From: Botryllus schlosseri
Taxonomy: Eukaryota
Length of the DNA stretch: 64,000 nt
Direction of reading: 5' to 3'
NCBI GenBank assembly: GCA_051294905.1
Contig: CM119380.1
Location: forward strand, 20,646,001-20,710,000
Below, piece by piece: positions 12,700 to 25,705 of this stretch; the first letter of the stretch is position 1, and every line of letters starts with the position of its first letter. The notes below the pieces were generated by a model that was not told where the DNA came from, did no database searches, and worked only from the letters and a program-made list of their open reading frames with translations. The translations under genes and the position numbers were made by a program.

Positions 12700-12933
12700 G
12701 CTATCCAGGCCGGTGTTGCGTTCAAAAACCCAGAAGTTCAGGAGGCAACGACAGAAGCCGACGCCTTCGTTGATGAAAATGGCGACCGCCTGCAGCCCGA
12801 CTTGGCGGAAGAACTCAAACACGCCTCTTCCAGTTTGGGTCGCAAATGGGAGATCATGCAGGAGGCGGCGGAAGCCAAAATGACTCAACTGCAGGAGCAG
12901 CTGAGGTCGGCGCAAGACGTCGGACAGAGAAAG
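12700..12933 (+). CDS. MACF1: Spectraplakin rod exon
   Basis: AIQAGVAFKNPEVQ...SLGRKWEIMQ; phase 0-0. Confidence 0.88.
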
Positions 12934-13844
12934 GTAAAGTGCTGCAGAGGTCTCGAAATTATCAGTCATCGCCTGTGTTATGAAGTCCAGACCTAAAATC
13001 GGTGGTATAATAGAATGAATTTGTAACTGTTTACATTTTTTTGGTGTAATTAGAGTTTTTAAATTACCAAGGTAAAGTATATGACTCTCAAAAACAACGA
13101 GGAAGATTGAATATTTAGTGAACCATGAATTAACACTTTATCAATGAATAATATTTGTCGGAATGTCCGAAATCTACAAGGATGTTCTTACTGGATGGCT
13201 AGGTACTGAGAATATAATGTTTGTTATCTTTAGACTGCAGACTTGTACTGTGACGAACTGGTTATTGAGCAAAAATGTCGTAAATGATATGGTTTAATAA
13301 AATCAAATAATTTTACGTCAGGCGGGTAGCACACTGTGCGATTAATCTTTAGTTACTTGGCCAGTAACTGTATCTGCATTGCTCGTCGGTTGTCAGGATC
13401 TTAATTCCTAATCACTGAAGCAGCTAGAAATGGTCAGTAACGAAGCAGATCTAGGCTCCATAGTAGGCTACTCAAGTTTTGCCTACCCGCACTAACTTAC
13501 TAGAAAGGTATTAGACTACTCTCTTTTCACTATGCCGATTTTGCAAAGGAGAAATTAGGTCTGCATCGCCTTTGTGAAAGAAATTGTTGTCAGAACCGTG
13601 TGAAACTGCCTCTATGTCACGGTGACTACATGTTCAGAGATTGTACCTTTTTGTAGTTTCAATAACCATCTTGCTAATCCTACTTCTACTTGATTAGCAC
13701 TGCTGTTTCCTTCGGCCACCCCTGAAAGCATCTCGAATCTATCCAGAGATTGCTCCATTCTCCCTGGCCAGGATGGGTATAGGATATACATAACAATCAA
13801 TGTCTGGATCTTCACATCTTTATAACAAACACTTGTTGTTCCAG

Positions 13845-13991
13845 GCTGCTGCCGCCAAGGCCTTGGCCGGTTGGGAGCCTGCTCTCGACGAGGTACGTGA
13901 GTGGGCGGCGGATAGCGATCGCAAATTGATGGAACAAAGACCTTTAGCACTGGATGAAGACGAAATCGCCGCTCAGCAAGACACAGCGATG
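13845..13991 (+). CDS. MACF1: Spectraplakin rod exon
   Basis: AAAAKALAGWEPALDEVREWAADSDRKL; phase 0-0. Confidence 0.87.
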
Positions 13992-14060
13992 GTATGGCGA
14001 TTCGTAGCTACTAGGCAAATTGAGTATTCCGTAACGTGTATTACGTATTTCCACCTGTAG

Positions 14061-14294
14061 GACCATCGGGACTCTATCACGTCGCCGCAACACCGCATCG
14101 AAGATATTCTGAGACGGTACGAGGCCTTCTTGAATTCTCCCGACGTTCCGCTTGTGCTCGACGACGACAGCCTGCGAAACAGGAAAGAAGAGGCGAAGTC
14201 TCTAGACGGGGAAAGACAGCGATTGGTTGACACTGCTGATCGGAGATGGAAAAGTATTTGCCACGCGAAAGACGAACACGGCCAGTTCGTTCAG
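14061..14294 (+). CDS. MACF1: Spectraplakin rod exon
   Basis: DHRDSITSPQHRIEDIL...RRWKSICHAKDEHGQFVQ; phase 0-0. Confidence 0.85.
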
Positions 14295-15304
14295 GTAGAC
14301 ACCTAGCTATATTATAATATAATATTTTTATACATAGTATGAAATTCAGTATATTGTTTTCGTTTGCCGACGGCCCGCTCGCTTGTTACAAATGCCCTAA
14401 ATTTGAGATCGTAAAAAATATGATTTTGAAAAGCATATACATATTGAAATGAGCCCGAATATGTCCGTCTGACAATCGTCTGGGGTAATCGTCAGCAGCT
14501 ATGAGTTGCTGACGATTATCATCCCTGACGAGTGTCCGCCGGTCTTTTTGGGGTTCATTCCACTACGAATATACTTTTCTAATCGTCCATTGAAGTTCTG
14601 TACCTCCAAGAAGCTTTTCCTATATCATTTTAAACCAGCACCGATGATAACTTAGTGCTCGGAAGCGACCTGGTGTCAATTGGGGAGGGACGGGTATCAC
14701 GATTATATCGCTTCCGATTCGCTGCTAAAAGTATGCGAACCCTCGAGCCAATCTACTTTTCAAAACTGCTTACTTTTCGGGCCTTTCATTTTCCACTTTC
14801 AATTGAAGTAGTTTTGACAGTTCTTGGATTTTGCCACTTGTAGTTGACTAGGAACGCCGATTACTTTAACCCTTCAGGATGCATGCAGTGTTTGCCGTGG
14901 CATCTTCCATCGCTAGGACTTGGACAAATAGATCATTCTAATCACACTAATTAGAACAAAATGCCGCTAATCTAATTTTATTCTAATTTGTGAAATGTTT
15001 CCGTGCTCTTATTCTAATCAAATTTCCTGATGGGAACGTAATTCAATTTCGCAGTTTTGGGGAATTTCGGAAAAAACTGAAAGAAACTGTCCCAATTATC
15101 CAACTCTGCCCATGCCGGACGTTGAACATTCTGAAATACTACCCTGTTATCTGTTAGCTGTCAGCACGTGGGCGCGGTGTTGTTCGAAACCGATGCGACA
15201 CGCATATGTTGTTTATTTACCTAACTATTGACCGATGCTGTACTTGAGAAGGAAGATCGACAAACACTCATCTCTGCAATCTCGCAACGACTTTTCGATT
15301 TCAG

Positions 15305-15499
15305 AGTTTGAATCCGTTTCGCGACTGGCTGGAAGGCGCCACGGAAAGTATCGCGCCCGGCAAGACTCTGCCTGCCGAAATAGCGGCCTTGCAGGACCTG
15401 CAAAAGGACACCGCCGCTTTACAGAGCGAAATCGCGTCGCGCAAGGCTGACCTGAGATACTTGGGCATGACTTCCAAACGATTCACCGATGCTGCAAAG
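15305..15499 (+). CDS. MACF1: Spectraplakin rod exon
   Basis: SLNPFRDWLEG...KADLRYLGMTSKRFTDAAK; phase 0-0. Confidence 0.9.
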
Positions 15500-15569
15500 G
15501 TACCTGTTGGTTATTTATATTGTATGTTATTGACTTGATTCAATACTGTGACAATTTCAACGCACGCAG

Positions 15570-15686
15570 ACTTACAACGGCAGCCTATCGGGTGACGGTC
15601 AACGGCCTGAATCGGACCCTACCGAAGATGCGGTGGTGGCAGTGATGAAAGACACGGAATCTAATTATAATGACGTCACTGAGAAG
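15570..15686 (+). CDS. MACF1: Spectraplakin rod exon
   Basis: TYNGSLSGDG...ESNYNDVTEK; phase 0-0. Confidence 0.82.
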
Positions 15687-15703
15687 GTTCGTGTTTTGAA
15701 TTG

Positions 15704-15900
15704 TAGCGGTGGTCAGTAACGAAGTACTTGAAATTTCTCGAAATACTCAAGTAGGCTTTAAGTAGTTGTACAACTTCCTCAAGGGTTTATGATTGTAAAC
15801 TGACGGTACCTATACTTATAATTAACGATTTTCGGTTATTTAAGCAAAAGTACGCCTGCAATACTTACTTTTTCACTTACTAAGAAATAGCTGCTTTTAC
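15704..15900. repeat. Interspersed family C (end CAGAGGTGGTCAGTAACGAAGTA; TACTCAAGTA/TACTT-rich); other pieces at about 12500-12593, 13428-13530, 17807-17915, 28140-28937, 38505-38600, 39794-39900, 50712-50950 and 59255-59500
   Basis: Recurrent terminal motif and its reverse complement TACTTTGACCACC(T/C)CT; boundaries approximate. Confidence 0.65.
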
Positions 15901-16870
15901 TTGTATATGTTTAAACAATACCGGATCCGACTGCCGCGGATAAGTCCTAGTATGCCCCGAAATCGCGCGGATTCTGTCTCAGATACAACTATTAAATCAT
16001 CTTTGCGTGAGGCATAGTTGGTTTACAATATATCCGTCTACCATCTATTTCGCATTTGACTTGCCGCTTACATTTGTGCGATACTGTCGGTTACAACGAG
16101 TGCGACTCCGCAGAGTGTAGCGTCGCGTGGGTAGAAATAATCTACTATTCAACTGTGATTTTCTGTTAATGGCGCTGCGGGCCAGTCGAGGATCTAAACA
16201 ACGTAGGTGTGCGAATATTGGCTCTTCATGCGGTTTCGCACGCTGCGCAGAGTCGCCGACGGAGTATCCACAATGCCTTTAGCACAATGTCAACACGGGA
16301 CACGTGATTTCGCGCTCCGAGATATTTCCCGTCATTTCATACAGGCTTGATATATTGCTGGTGTCGTACCCGTGACTAGAGGAAGAATTCAATTATACAT
16401 TCCGACTGCGTAATCACGGCCCTATCGTCGCGTGTATTGTAAACTTTATTGACTCTAGATCTCAACCGCTGGTCCTTGTAGACTTTTCCAACCCGCCAAA
16501 TGTACCACTGCCGTCGGACACTTGTCCATTATTTACAATTGATTTCGAAATATGGAACGTATTTATCTGCATCTAGTCGTAATGTAGAGTTCGTGGTATA
16601 CTTCGGGCTTAGCGTACGTCACAGTACAGCAAGTGTTGTGCCAAACTATTTAAGAGATTGGGAGATCCTACTTGGTCGTTTCGGTATCCTACTATCGGTT
16701 CATTACGTGACATAGTGTTTAGTGTATCGCATTGTACATTGTGCGGGTAAAAATAATAAAAACGCCGAATATACCTACTATTAAGGAGCCTAATATGTGT
16801 TTATGACGAGCTAAATGTAAAAGTTAAGATAACTTTTTAAAGAAAATTCAGTCGATTTTGAGAGTATAAC

Positions 16871-17049
16871 CATAGTGTCCTGCAATGGTGCGGACACAAG
16901 CAAATCGCACGGCTCACTGCGATTGATTTACGTCACGCTCTCCATTTGGCTAAAGGCAATTTTGACAGTAATTTTTGAAAAGTGTAACGTAAATCAAACG
17001 CATTCAGGCGTTAGATTTGCTTGTGTCCACACCATTGTAGGACACTATG
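16871..17049. mobile_element. Internally deleted copy of the CATAGTGTCC foldback family
   Basis: Same termini; 7-bp TSD GTATAAC/GTATAAT; inserted into an older repeat also seen near 35100-35400. Confidence 0.8.
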
Positions 17050-20000
17050 GTATAATCTAGCGACATTTGCCCGTATAATAGAGATAAGCAAACAGCAAAG
17101 TTGCAGTTCTTTCCAAAGAAGCCGAACAATCAAAAGCTAGCCAGTGATTTTCACCAGGACTTCGTCGTGAAGAAACTTCAATAAAACCACGTATAGCATC
17201 AATAACATCAAAAAGATAGCAGCAAATCTCTCATTAAACCGAAGTTTTCCCAATCTTCTTTTATGTTGCACACGCCGTAATTACATTTTGGGTTGATTAT
17301 GCCTTTTGAAGGTTCGCCGGCCCGCAAAATTCGTTTTGTAATAATACTGGTACACAAACTGAAAAGGTTGATAGCAACTGCTCTGAATTCCGAAGAATGT
17401 AACGGCTGCGAGCAATAGGCGGCGCATTGTACGTTGTGTGGCGTCGCAACCCGCCGTTTTCAGCCGGTTATTAATGCGAGCGGTCAGGTATAACATCTCT
17501 GACTTCCGATTCGCACCTGAAATCTGTGCGGCTATTCGTATAATATTGTGTCGGATAACGCCGTGTCTGCATCGCATTGGGGAGATTATAGTAATACGTA
17601 GTACTCGAGCTTCTGCTCAAAGTGTCGGATTTCCGATACGGTTTGCCATCGCAAGATTGCTGGATCCTGACGTCACGGGGATTTTGATAAAGCCCGGGTA
17701 TCTGATTAGGAGTGTGGTGAAGTTGGATGGTGGCTATTGAAAAATTATCAAGCAAGCCCTTGTATGAATGATGCGCTTTTGATGCCATTGGTTTACTCAA
17801 CAGTTTTCAGTGGTTGTAACTTTTGACAAACGCGACTATACTACTTGTACATTGTACAATATACGGGAGTAGAACTCAACTAGTAGAACCAACGCTGGCT
17901 ACTTTGACCACCTCTGAGGATTAGTGCGTAACCTGTATGGTCAAGGGGTATCGCCTTCCCACCGTTAAAATGATTCGTGTTCACTTGAATACCACCAGCC
18001 GTCACAGTGTCAGATCAGCTTTTAGAAACGCGCCGTAAACAAGCTTTCGATGCATATTCGTGTCAATATTCGTCTCCGTGCGCGCGGCGTCTTTTATCCA
18101 GCCGCACACATGCATGCTATTCCATCTCATTGTCAGCGTTGGCACTGTTATCTCGAACATCTTCTCCGCGGTTCGGGGTCGGCGCCGTTAGACTGAGATC
18201 GCAATGCTGCGCGCTTTTCTTCTGATATTGACCCTTTTTCGCGGGTCAGCGCGCGGGCATAAACAGAAAGGCTAAACCCGCAAAACGACTTTGCTTTTAC
18301 GGCCTGTGTTAATGCACATGCGAATCCACCGCAGACTGGTTGCTTTCATAGCATCGTGTGTGCGGTTATTGTGCGAATAATTCTCAATCTTATTTAACAA
18401 ACCCGTTCCCCGATTGTTGGGTGTTGAAATGTAGCCATTGTGACATTGCTTCGTGCTTATAGCGATAATTATCGTTCTCTTCTGATATTATCGTGCACAA
18501 ACTAGGAAGTATTTTAAATACGAAATATGGGCGCGGCTTGAAATATAAGGAGGTGTTGCGCGAACGGCTTGCTTTAGTTATTACGTGACTGATCGTGAAG
18601 TAGTCGTGTCGTTTTGGTGCGTTTTGGCAACTCCAGTTGTTGTTATATGGCTGAGGCGGTCCTTGGATATATGAGAATATTGAACATGCGACGCAATAGC
18701 GTCCGACACTTGATTATAGGGTTAAAGTTCGTGGTTGGGCCAGGTTCTGGTTAGGGTATGTTTTTAAGTTATAATGGCGCATGCTCAAAGGTCGGTCAGA
18801 CGACTGATAGACTCTTCTGTATAATTGGAGTTCAAGATAGTATTTGCTTGTTCATTGCCTGCTATATCCACCTACAATCATTATCGTTATTTGACACATG
18901 AAAATACATAAGACTTTGTGGCTTCCGTTACATTGCCAGGCTATCAGAAGTCTGTGTCCGGGGTAAGCGGGGTGCGCCACAGATACACTGCGACGTGAAA
19001 AACTGGTGTTGTGTGACGTCACAACATCGAAAATTCTATGTCTGAATAGGACAATGAAGGACGCCTATACCGCTTGCTATTCGTCAAACCATGAAGGGGA
19101 TTAAACATCGGGCGTTTCACCATCAGAGCTGCACAACTAGTATATTCTCAGCTTTTTTCCAAATTGATTACAAGTAAAATTATAGCTACATAGTTTTTTT
19201 CCAAATTAGTTGAGATTTAGAATTACTAAATTCGCGACAACTTGGAAATTAAATCAAGTTCAGTTCCTCTCAAATCAGGGTTCACTCTGATGAAGCAAAA
19301 ATACTGGCAAATAACTGTACAGCAAGCTTGGCTTGTTTCGCACCATTCAGTACTCCATTTTGAGGAAAACCAAAAATTCGATTGAAATTGGAGCAAAGAA
19401 ACATTTCAAAAATTACATTAGTATTATAATCAGAGCAGAGAAATATTTCACAAATGAAATTAGACTACGGGCATATCGTATTGTAATTAGACAGCTAGCG
19501 TTATCTGGTTAGCCAAGTCTGTTCACCACCCCTATTCGGGTCCATTACGCTCAAGTCTGGTTGCGTGCGCGATTTGTTGCAACGTTAACACCGACCGTGT
19601 GTTCAATTAGTCATCGCTGTCCGACGTTGAGCAGGAAACTTCGAATTCGATATCTTGCACGTGATTGCACGCATGCTAATTAATCCTAATCCCTAGTTTA
19701 GTCGGGACTATCGATATTAAGCGTGAGATAACCTTACTTCTTATCTTATTGCAATCGGACACCCCGACTCATCGATAATAATCCTGTTATGTGAAACCGA
19801 TGCTCTGGAATTTTCCCCAACTTGGGTAGGCGTATTCTCGCGACGCATGCCCTAACTAAAACATTGTTTATACAATACCCGTTTGAGTTTGAGCAGATAT
19901 GAAACGATGAATAGATCGAATTATTTTATAAACAATCGTTCCGCCGCTTCTTTGTTACATCCCCCTCTGCGTATTATTGTCTGCGCAGTTATACTGCGTG

Positions 20001-23000
20001 CGGCACCGGCAGAGAGTTTGAAATTGGACATAATGTATCGAGTGGAGTGTCCAACTGTGTAACTGTAAGCGTGGGTGATGTTGTGTTCAAGGTACAGCGA
20101 ACTCTATTAACCTTACGACCTTTCCTGCCTGCTATTGAGCTATTCGTATTACGCGCGGTGAACTTAAGATGTTCCTATGTTGAGTTATAAAAATTCAGAA
20201 GCGCAGTTAATTGACAATAGTGCGTTATTCGCGTGAATACTTCCAGTTCTTTGGAGCATTATTTTTAGCCTTCATTGCTTTGCTGAAATCCAGAAATGAG
20301 TAGTACCTCATCATTCGTTAATATCAGTTTGTTAGCTTCGGGATTTTGCGATAGTGACGCCAGTCAGCTATAGTTTCAAGTCCGGTACGATTGTAATGTG
20401 TTCGTATTTACGAGAACACCACACACGCAAATCGTCTATCGACTCAATCATGTAACTAATAGTTACTAATTATAGAAACTTGGATTACCACATACAGCGC
20501 TTCGAGCAGTAGCACACAAATGGTCGTGAATTAATGATCATTTACCATGGAATACAGACGTACATTCGTATAAGAACAGTTGCTTGTGTATTTTTCATTA
20601 CTTATCAATGAGGGTAATGAAAGAGTGAGTACAAAAAAAAATCGCATTTAACATCGCGGGTTGGATAGCGCGTTACCGGTTGATATAATAGCTTTGCAGT
20701 ATTATCACCTTAAAGTTAATATCCCGTCACGTTGGCGGCTTAAATAAATACTATTCACGTGCTGCGACGCAGGCTTATCGTGGGAAGCAGGCGAAAAAGG
20801 TTGATGTGTCCGTGAAGCATAATTCTCTTCACTGGGTATGAGAACTGTTTGCCGGAATTCGCTGCGCGGCTCCTGCGCTTTAGCCGCGGTTTCTTGTGCA
20901 TGGCCCATAATCGATTTGAAGTGATAAGGTGTTTTAGCTGCGAATTGTAACCGGCAGGTGGCATTGACGGAGGTGTTGATGAGCTGCTGATGATATATAT
21001 GCGTTAATTGTATAACATGCGCAATGTATACCGTGTACATATGCACACAGTGTAACTTCGTGGTATAGTGAAGACGAGCGCAGGTTTTCTTCAGCATGTA
21101 TGAGATGTATTGTTAATATCCGCGAGATATTAATTTTGTCTGGTGAAGTATGCATTATCATTTCAGTATAGCAATTTAGTTCATTTTGACGTGAGAGTGA
21201 AGTGTATCATTCTTGGGTATTATTGGATTAGTCTCGCTTAGTTTGAGTACTGATCCACTGGTTGTCATAAAATTTTGTGTGTGTCGGACATTGCATAACT
21301 GTAGAGATTGAGGCCAGGTTCTACAAATCGATTTAAGTAATTGAATGGCAGATGTCTTGATTTTAAATTGATAATAGTCACCCTATGTTAGGTCCGAAGA
21401 GAGTGCGGAGTTCTGCCAACTGTGTCAATACCAATACGTAATCTTCGCGTTACAACACTCTCTGCGAACAAGACATCTCCCACTTTATCCGCGTCGCAGA
21501 TTGTTTCGATTTTGACATATGAATATCTCGGATGGGAAGGTCTTGAACTATAAAGGCAGTAGCTCAGATAGGGCCTAATCGCATATTGCCAGTATGTGAG
21601 AGTTGTGGGTCACTTAACAACTTAACGGAACAGTAATTATGTATCATCCGTGTAGCTTATTTTGCGATGGCACTGCTACAGATTCATAAGGTATAGCTTT
21701 AGCTAAAGAAAATCGGGGTATGTAATTTTCGAGAAACTATGACATCATAGTATCTTATCCGAATTAGGATGAATTCATATTGATGCGTATCCCCTACCCT
21801 GAATAACACACGTGCTGACGTGCATCAACCCCATACTCTGACAATGTCGATAGTGTCCCACATTCACTTTTTAGCGATCGTGTCCTGGATTTATTCACGG
21901 ATGCACTTGCTTCTGTTTTACGAGTGTTTAATTCATGCGGGTGGAATAAAATGATTCAATTTTCTATTTTCCTCCGAAAAAATTGGGAATTTGTGATTTT
22001 TAAGTGTACTAACTTTGAAAATATGTCGGTCAACGCGAAATTTTCTTCGATTTTGCAAGACTTGAGCACGCGCCGTTTTTTGTCACATTTTAGTTTCGCG
22101 ATATTAGTCTTTTTGAATCAGTTCATCGATTGAGATGTAGCAGATATATCTCGTTGGTTTAGATTGCTCTCCGTATCCATAGTTACGAGTATCATGCATG
22201 ATCGCGCACCAAGCGTGCTCGGGTGTCGTTAATCTCCTCGTCGAATTGTAAATGCACATTGCACAATCGTATAAGGAGCCAACGCCATGATAGCGGCCTA
22301 TTTACGATCGCAATCGAACTGTAAACATAGCAGGCGGTTTTTCATGTCCACATCTGATCATAATATGGAGATTTGACTTTTTTGTATACTGCGATTCGTT
22401 ACTCGCTTAATCGATTGTAATTGTTTCGGCGTCGCTACTTTTATAGCCTAATTGTTTAATTATATTTGAAATGGTTGTAATATCGCTACTGTATTTGTAT
22501 AACGCATAGTCACCATTCCCAACTCCGATAAATGACCCGGCTCCATATAAAAGTTCTTGATAATTCGAACCTTGTAACGTTACCGCCCGTATCATATTTC
22601 GTCGTTAGACGTTCATTGTTCATTGCCGCATGGACTCGACTTTCAAATATTTTGTGTCCTCGAGAGGTGAAGGCGTTGTACGATTTCGCTTGTACCTCAT
22701 GAAGTAAATACCGCATGTCACGACTGTGAAATCATGCGAAAAAATAGACGCGCGTCCGTCCACGTCTATCGGTATATTTCAATTTTTGTATCGCGAAGAA
22801 AAACTATCAAATTTTGCCAAAAGCAATGTCACGATAATGAATTGTTAACATCGGTAAATATGATGACACTGTAAAAAAAAACGAACCCCTCGTCAGCTGT
22901 TCGTTTGTCTCTATGATTGATGGCCGCGCAATTTGCGGTACGAATGTCTTTTGAAGATTGTTGTGACCAGCAACTGTCAAATTGGAGTCGATTGGATGCG

Positions 23001-24262
23001 CTTGCAAACCTGTAAAAACCAGACCGACGGGCTCTGATAATAATTTGCTGTTGCATTGCCGCGTATCGATAATTTTGCCTGACGACCTTGTTTCGGTACC
23101 CCGTAACATTCCGATGGTATCGTTGCAATACTGGTTTATGAAGTATCAATCGCTCCAGTGAAGATGTGATTGTGGGCATGAAGTGTGCGGGAAATATTGC
23201 TTGTCAGCACGCACCGCAGTCAAGTGCATGTAGTGATGATGTCAAAGTGTTAACTGCAGCGAAGTGATGTACGAGGCTTAGCAGTGCTGAGTGATATATA
23301 CCAAAGGTGCCGCTTCATACTATTTTATGCTATGTTGTGGTACTGCATTATATTAAAGTATGACAGGGATGTGCATAATTTCGTGTAGAAAAGTTTACTC
23401 GAAGAAGGCAACAAATAGTGCGCGACATGTTTTTCAACGGTCCTTTGAGATATCAGCAATTGAGCAATGAGCATGCGACATTTCAGCATTTGGGTCGACG
23501 TTAGTGCTCGGTCAGTGTTAGGGCGGTGGTTCTGAGCGAAGACCTATATCACATTACCAATCTAATCCTTTACTGTAGAATACGCATTGAAATGTATATT
23601 AAAGTTCTGTGCCCCAAAATGTATCTTCAAATACCGGCACATAAAATGTGCATTTCAACACAGAACAAGAGTAAAACTATCGAAACATGATTCTGACCTA
23701 AAACAAAAAGAACATAATGTGACTCCTTCCGTATAAGACAAGTAGTATGTTTTGACCACTAGACCATCGTACTAGGGTTAGGGTATGCGTTAATTTTGGG
23801 GTTGTAAAGTCTAGTGTGCCGATTTCACCTGTCGATTTTCATTGCGTCGCAATGTCGCATGCTCAGATGCCGGGCAACCAGTACCAATCCCCCAATATTT
23901 CCAGTATAGCATTAGTCAGTCTTCTGTTTGGGCGACACAACGCAGTTTCCGAACCACTGGAAACTGTTGCTCGACATTTGAGCATGATACGCTGTTTTAT
24001 TTCATGGACAGAAAACTGTTTACTGCTGCTGTTTACTGCCGTCTTGACAATGTATCATTACATTATCGGGAAAGACCTAGAAATTAATCCGCCTGCGTGA
24101 CCATTCTAAACAGTTCATTTCCACCGCCGTAACATCCGTATCGAATACATTCAGCGCGATTACCGTAGCGTTATACACGATAAGCGTCCGCAATCATACC
24201 TACTCTGACATGCCCTAGTTGAACCGTCGCAAGCGTTTCGAGGGCAAAAGCGCGCGGTAAAC

Positions 24263-25054
24263 ATGGGAAACTCGTGCTGCAGTTGCCGCAAGGCCACCGA
24301 CGTGATAGGCGATGACATTCTCGAAGAGCGGCCGCACAAAGAAAAGAGAAAAATCCGGAAGAGAAAACGGAAATACAAACCCGCCGAGACTTCCGGTCCG
24401 GGCAAAGCGCTGTTACGTAACAACGGCAACGGCCAGTCACCGGTTGTATTAGAAGAGAAAGCCGAGAACTGTTCTGGCCAACCTTCCAAAAGAAGCTCGG
24501 ACGGGTCATTCGATAACGCGGTGTTTGTCCCGGATAAGTCCCTCGTTGATAACGTCATGAAATCCACTCCCGTGACTTCATCAACCGTAAATAAAGCCGA
24601 AAACGGGAAAACCATGACTCTGGGCAGTTACATGGAAGTTAGCGACATGGGGACTCAGTTATCGCCTGAGGCCGGTTGCTACGCGACGCAGGAACCGGAG
24701 GGAACCGGTTTTGCGAGTACTCCGGCTGACGCGGAGTATCCGTTCGCGCACAAACCCGGAGTTAAACCCGAAAAATCAGGCGGTAAATTGAGAAATAGCC
24801 ACTGTGATAACACTGTGAATTCGTACCCCTTCCTCGTAAACTCTTCAAGAGATATACTGGCGGAGCGCGCTATGTCTAAGAAGCTGCGCGCCGCCGTTAA
24901 CATGAAGTTTGTGACCCGCGGCCTGCGCGTGCCGGTTTATTACGTAATTGATGACGTCGTAGACGGCGACGATGACTCAAATTCGAAGAAGACCATGACT
25001 TTGCCGCGCGAGGACGAAGAAGACGAGGGTATCGACGCTACTGGGTTTAGCGAA
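24263..25054 (+). CDS. MACF1: Alternative first coding exon (264 aa) with N-terminal MGNSCCSC acylation motif and polybasic stretch
   Basis: AAACATGG start context; in-frame TGA at 24206 upstream; donor GAA|GTAAGG phase 0 matches acceptor 25550. Confidence 0.8.
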
Positions 25055-25549
25055 GTAAGGCAGCGGAATAATGCCTTTATGCTGGGCCCGAAATGCATAC
25101 TTTTTTACTTGGGAATCGCGACTTTTATACTTGGTCTACGACAGTCATTCGTTAGGCATTAGACAAATCATAATAATCGTGATCGCATTAAGCGGTTCTA
25201 TATTTTATACGCTCAACACACACACGATATACGATGCGATACAATTAGCAGCGACCGCACGTAATACCGGAAATCAAATTCTCTGTAAATGCAGGGACTA
25301 TTTTGTCCTTGGGACGTAATAATGTCGAAAACAACCAACGATATTCGAGTACCAACCACTTCGACCTCATCTTGCGTGCGAGTTGGCGTTCTCGCGATAA
25401 TCTTTACGAAACCTGATTCTTACATATGTCTGTGAGAAAGTTAGCGACATCTCTTCCTTACGTTACGTTATTTGTACCGTTGTGGACAGCATATTCCAAC
25501 GGGCCACTGTAAAACTCGCGCCTCGCTCTGCAATGTGGATTTATTTCAG

Positions 25550-25705
25550 GCTCGCGAGAAGGAACACCTGTTGGCCGAGGTGCTGCGGAAACGCGCCACT
25601 TTTGAGGCCTCCAAGCCGAACGTGTACCCGTGGTTGGACCGCGCCGAGGAAACTCTGCGGGCCATCGAGCAGAGACCGTTGCCGGTGGAGCCTAACGCTT
25701 TGCAG
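25550..25705 (+). CDS. MACF1: Spectraplakin rod exon
   Basis: AREKEHLLAEVL...VYPWLDRAEETL; phase 0-0. Confidence 0.88.

Noticed and set aside
22840-22856. 16-mer ACCGATGTTAACAATT shared (inverted) with about 46908-46923
   Set aside because: About one or two such matches are expected by chance in an AT-rich 64-kb window.
22407-23179. Cluster of protein-looking minus-strand ORFs (62-116 aa)
   Set aside because: They overlap in different frames, I could not build a consistent splice chain, and no homology is recognisable.
23230-23295. Possible C/D-box snoRNA (GTGATGA...CTGA)
   Set aside because: No convincing terminal stem or recognisable rRNA-complementary guide.
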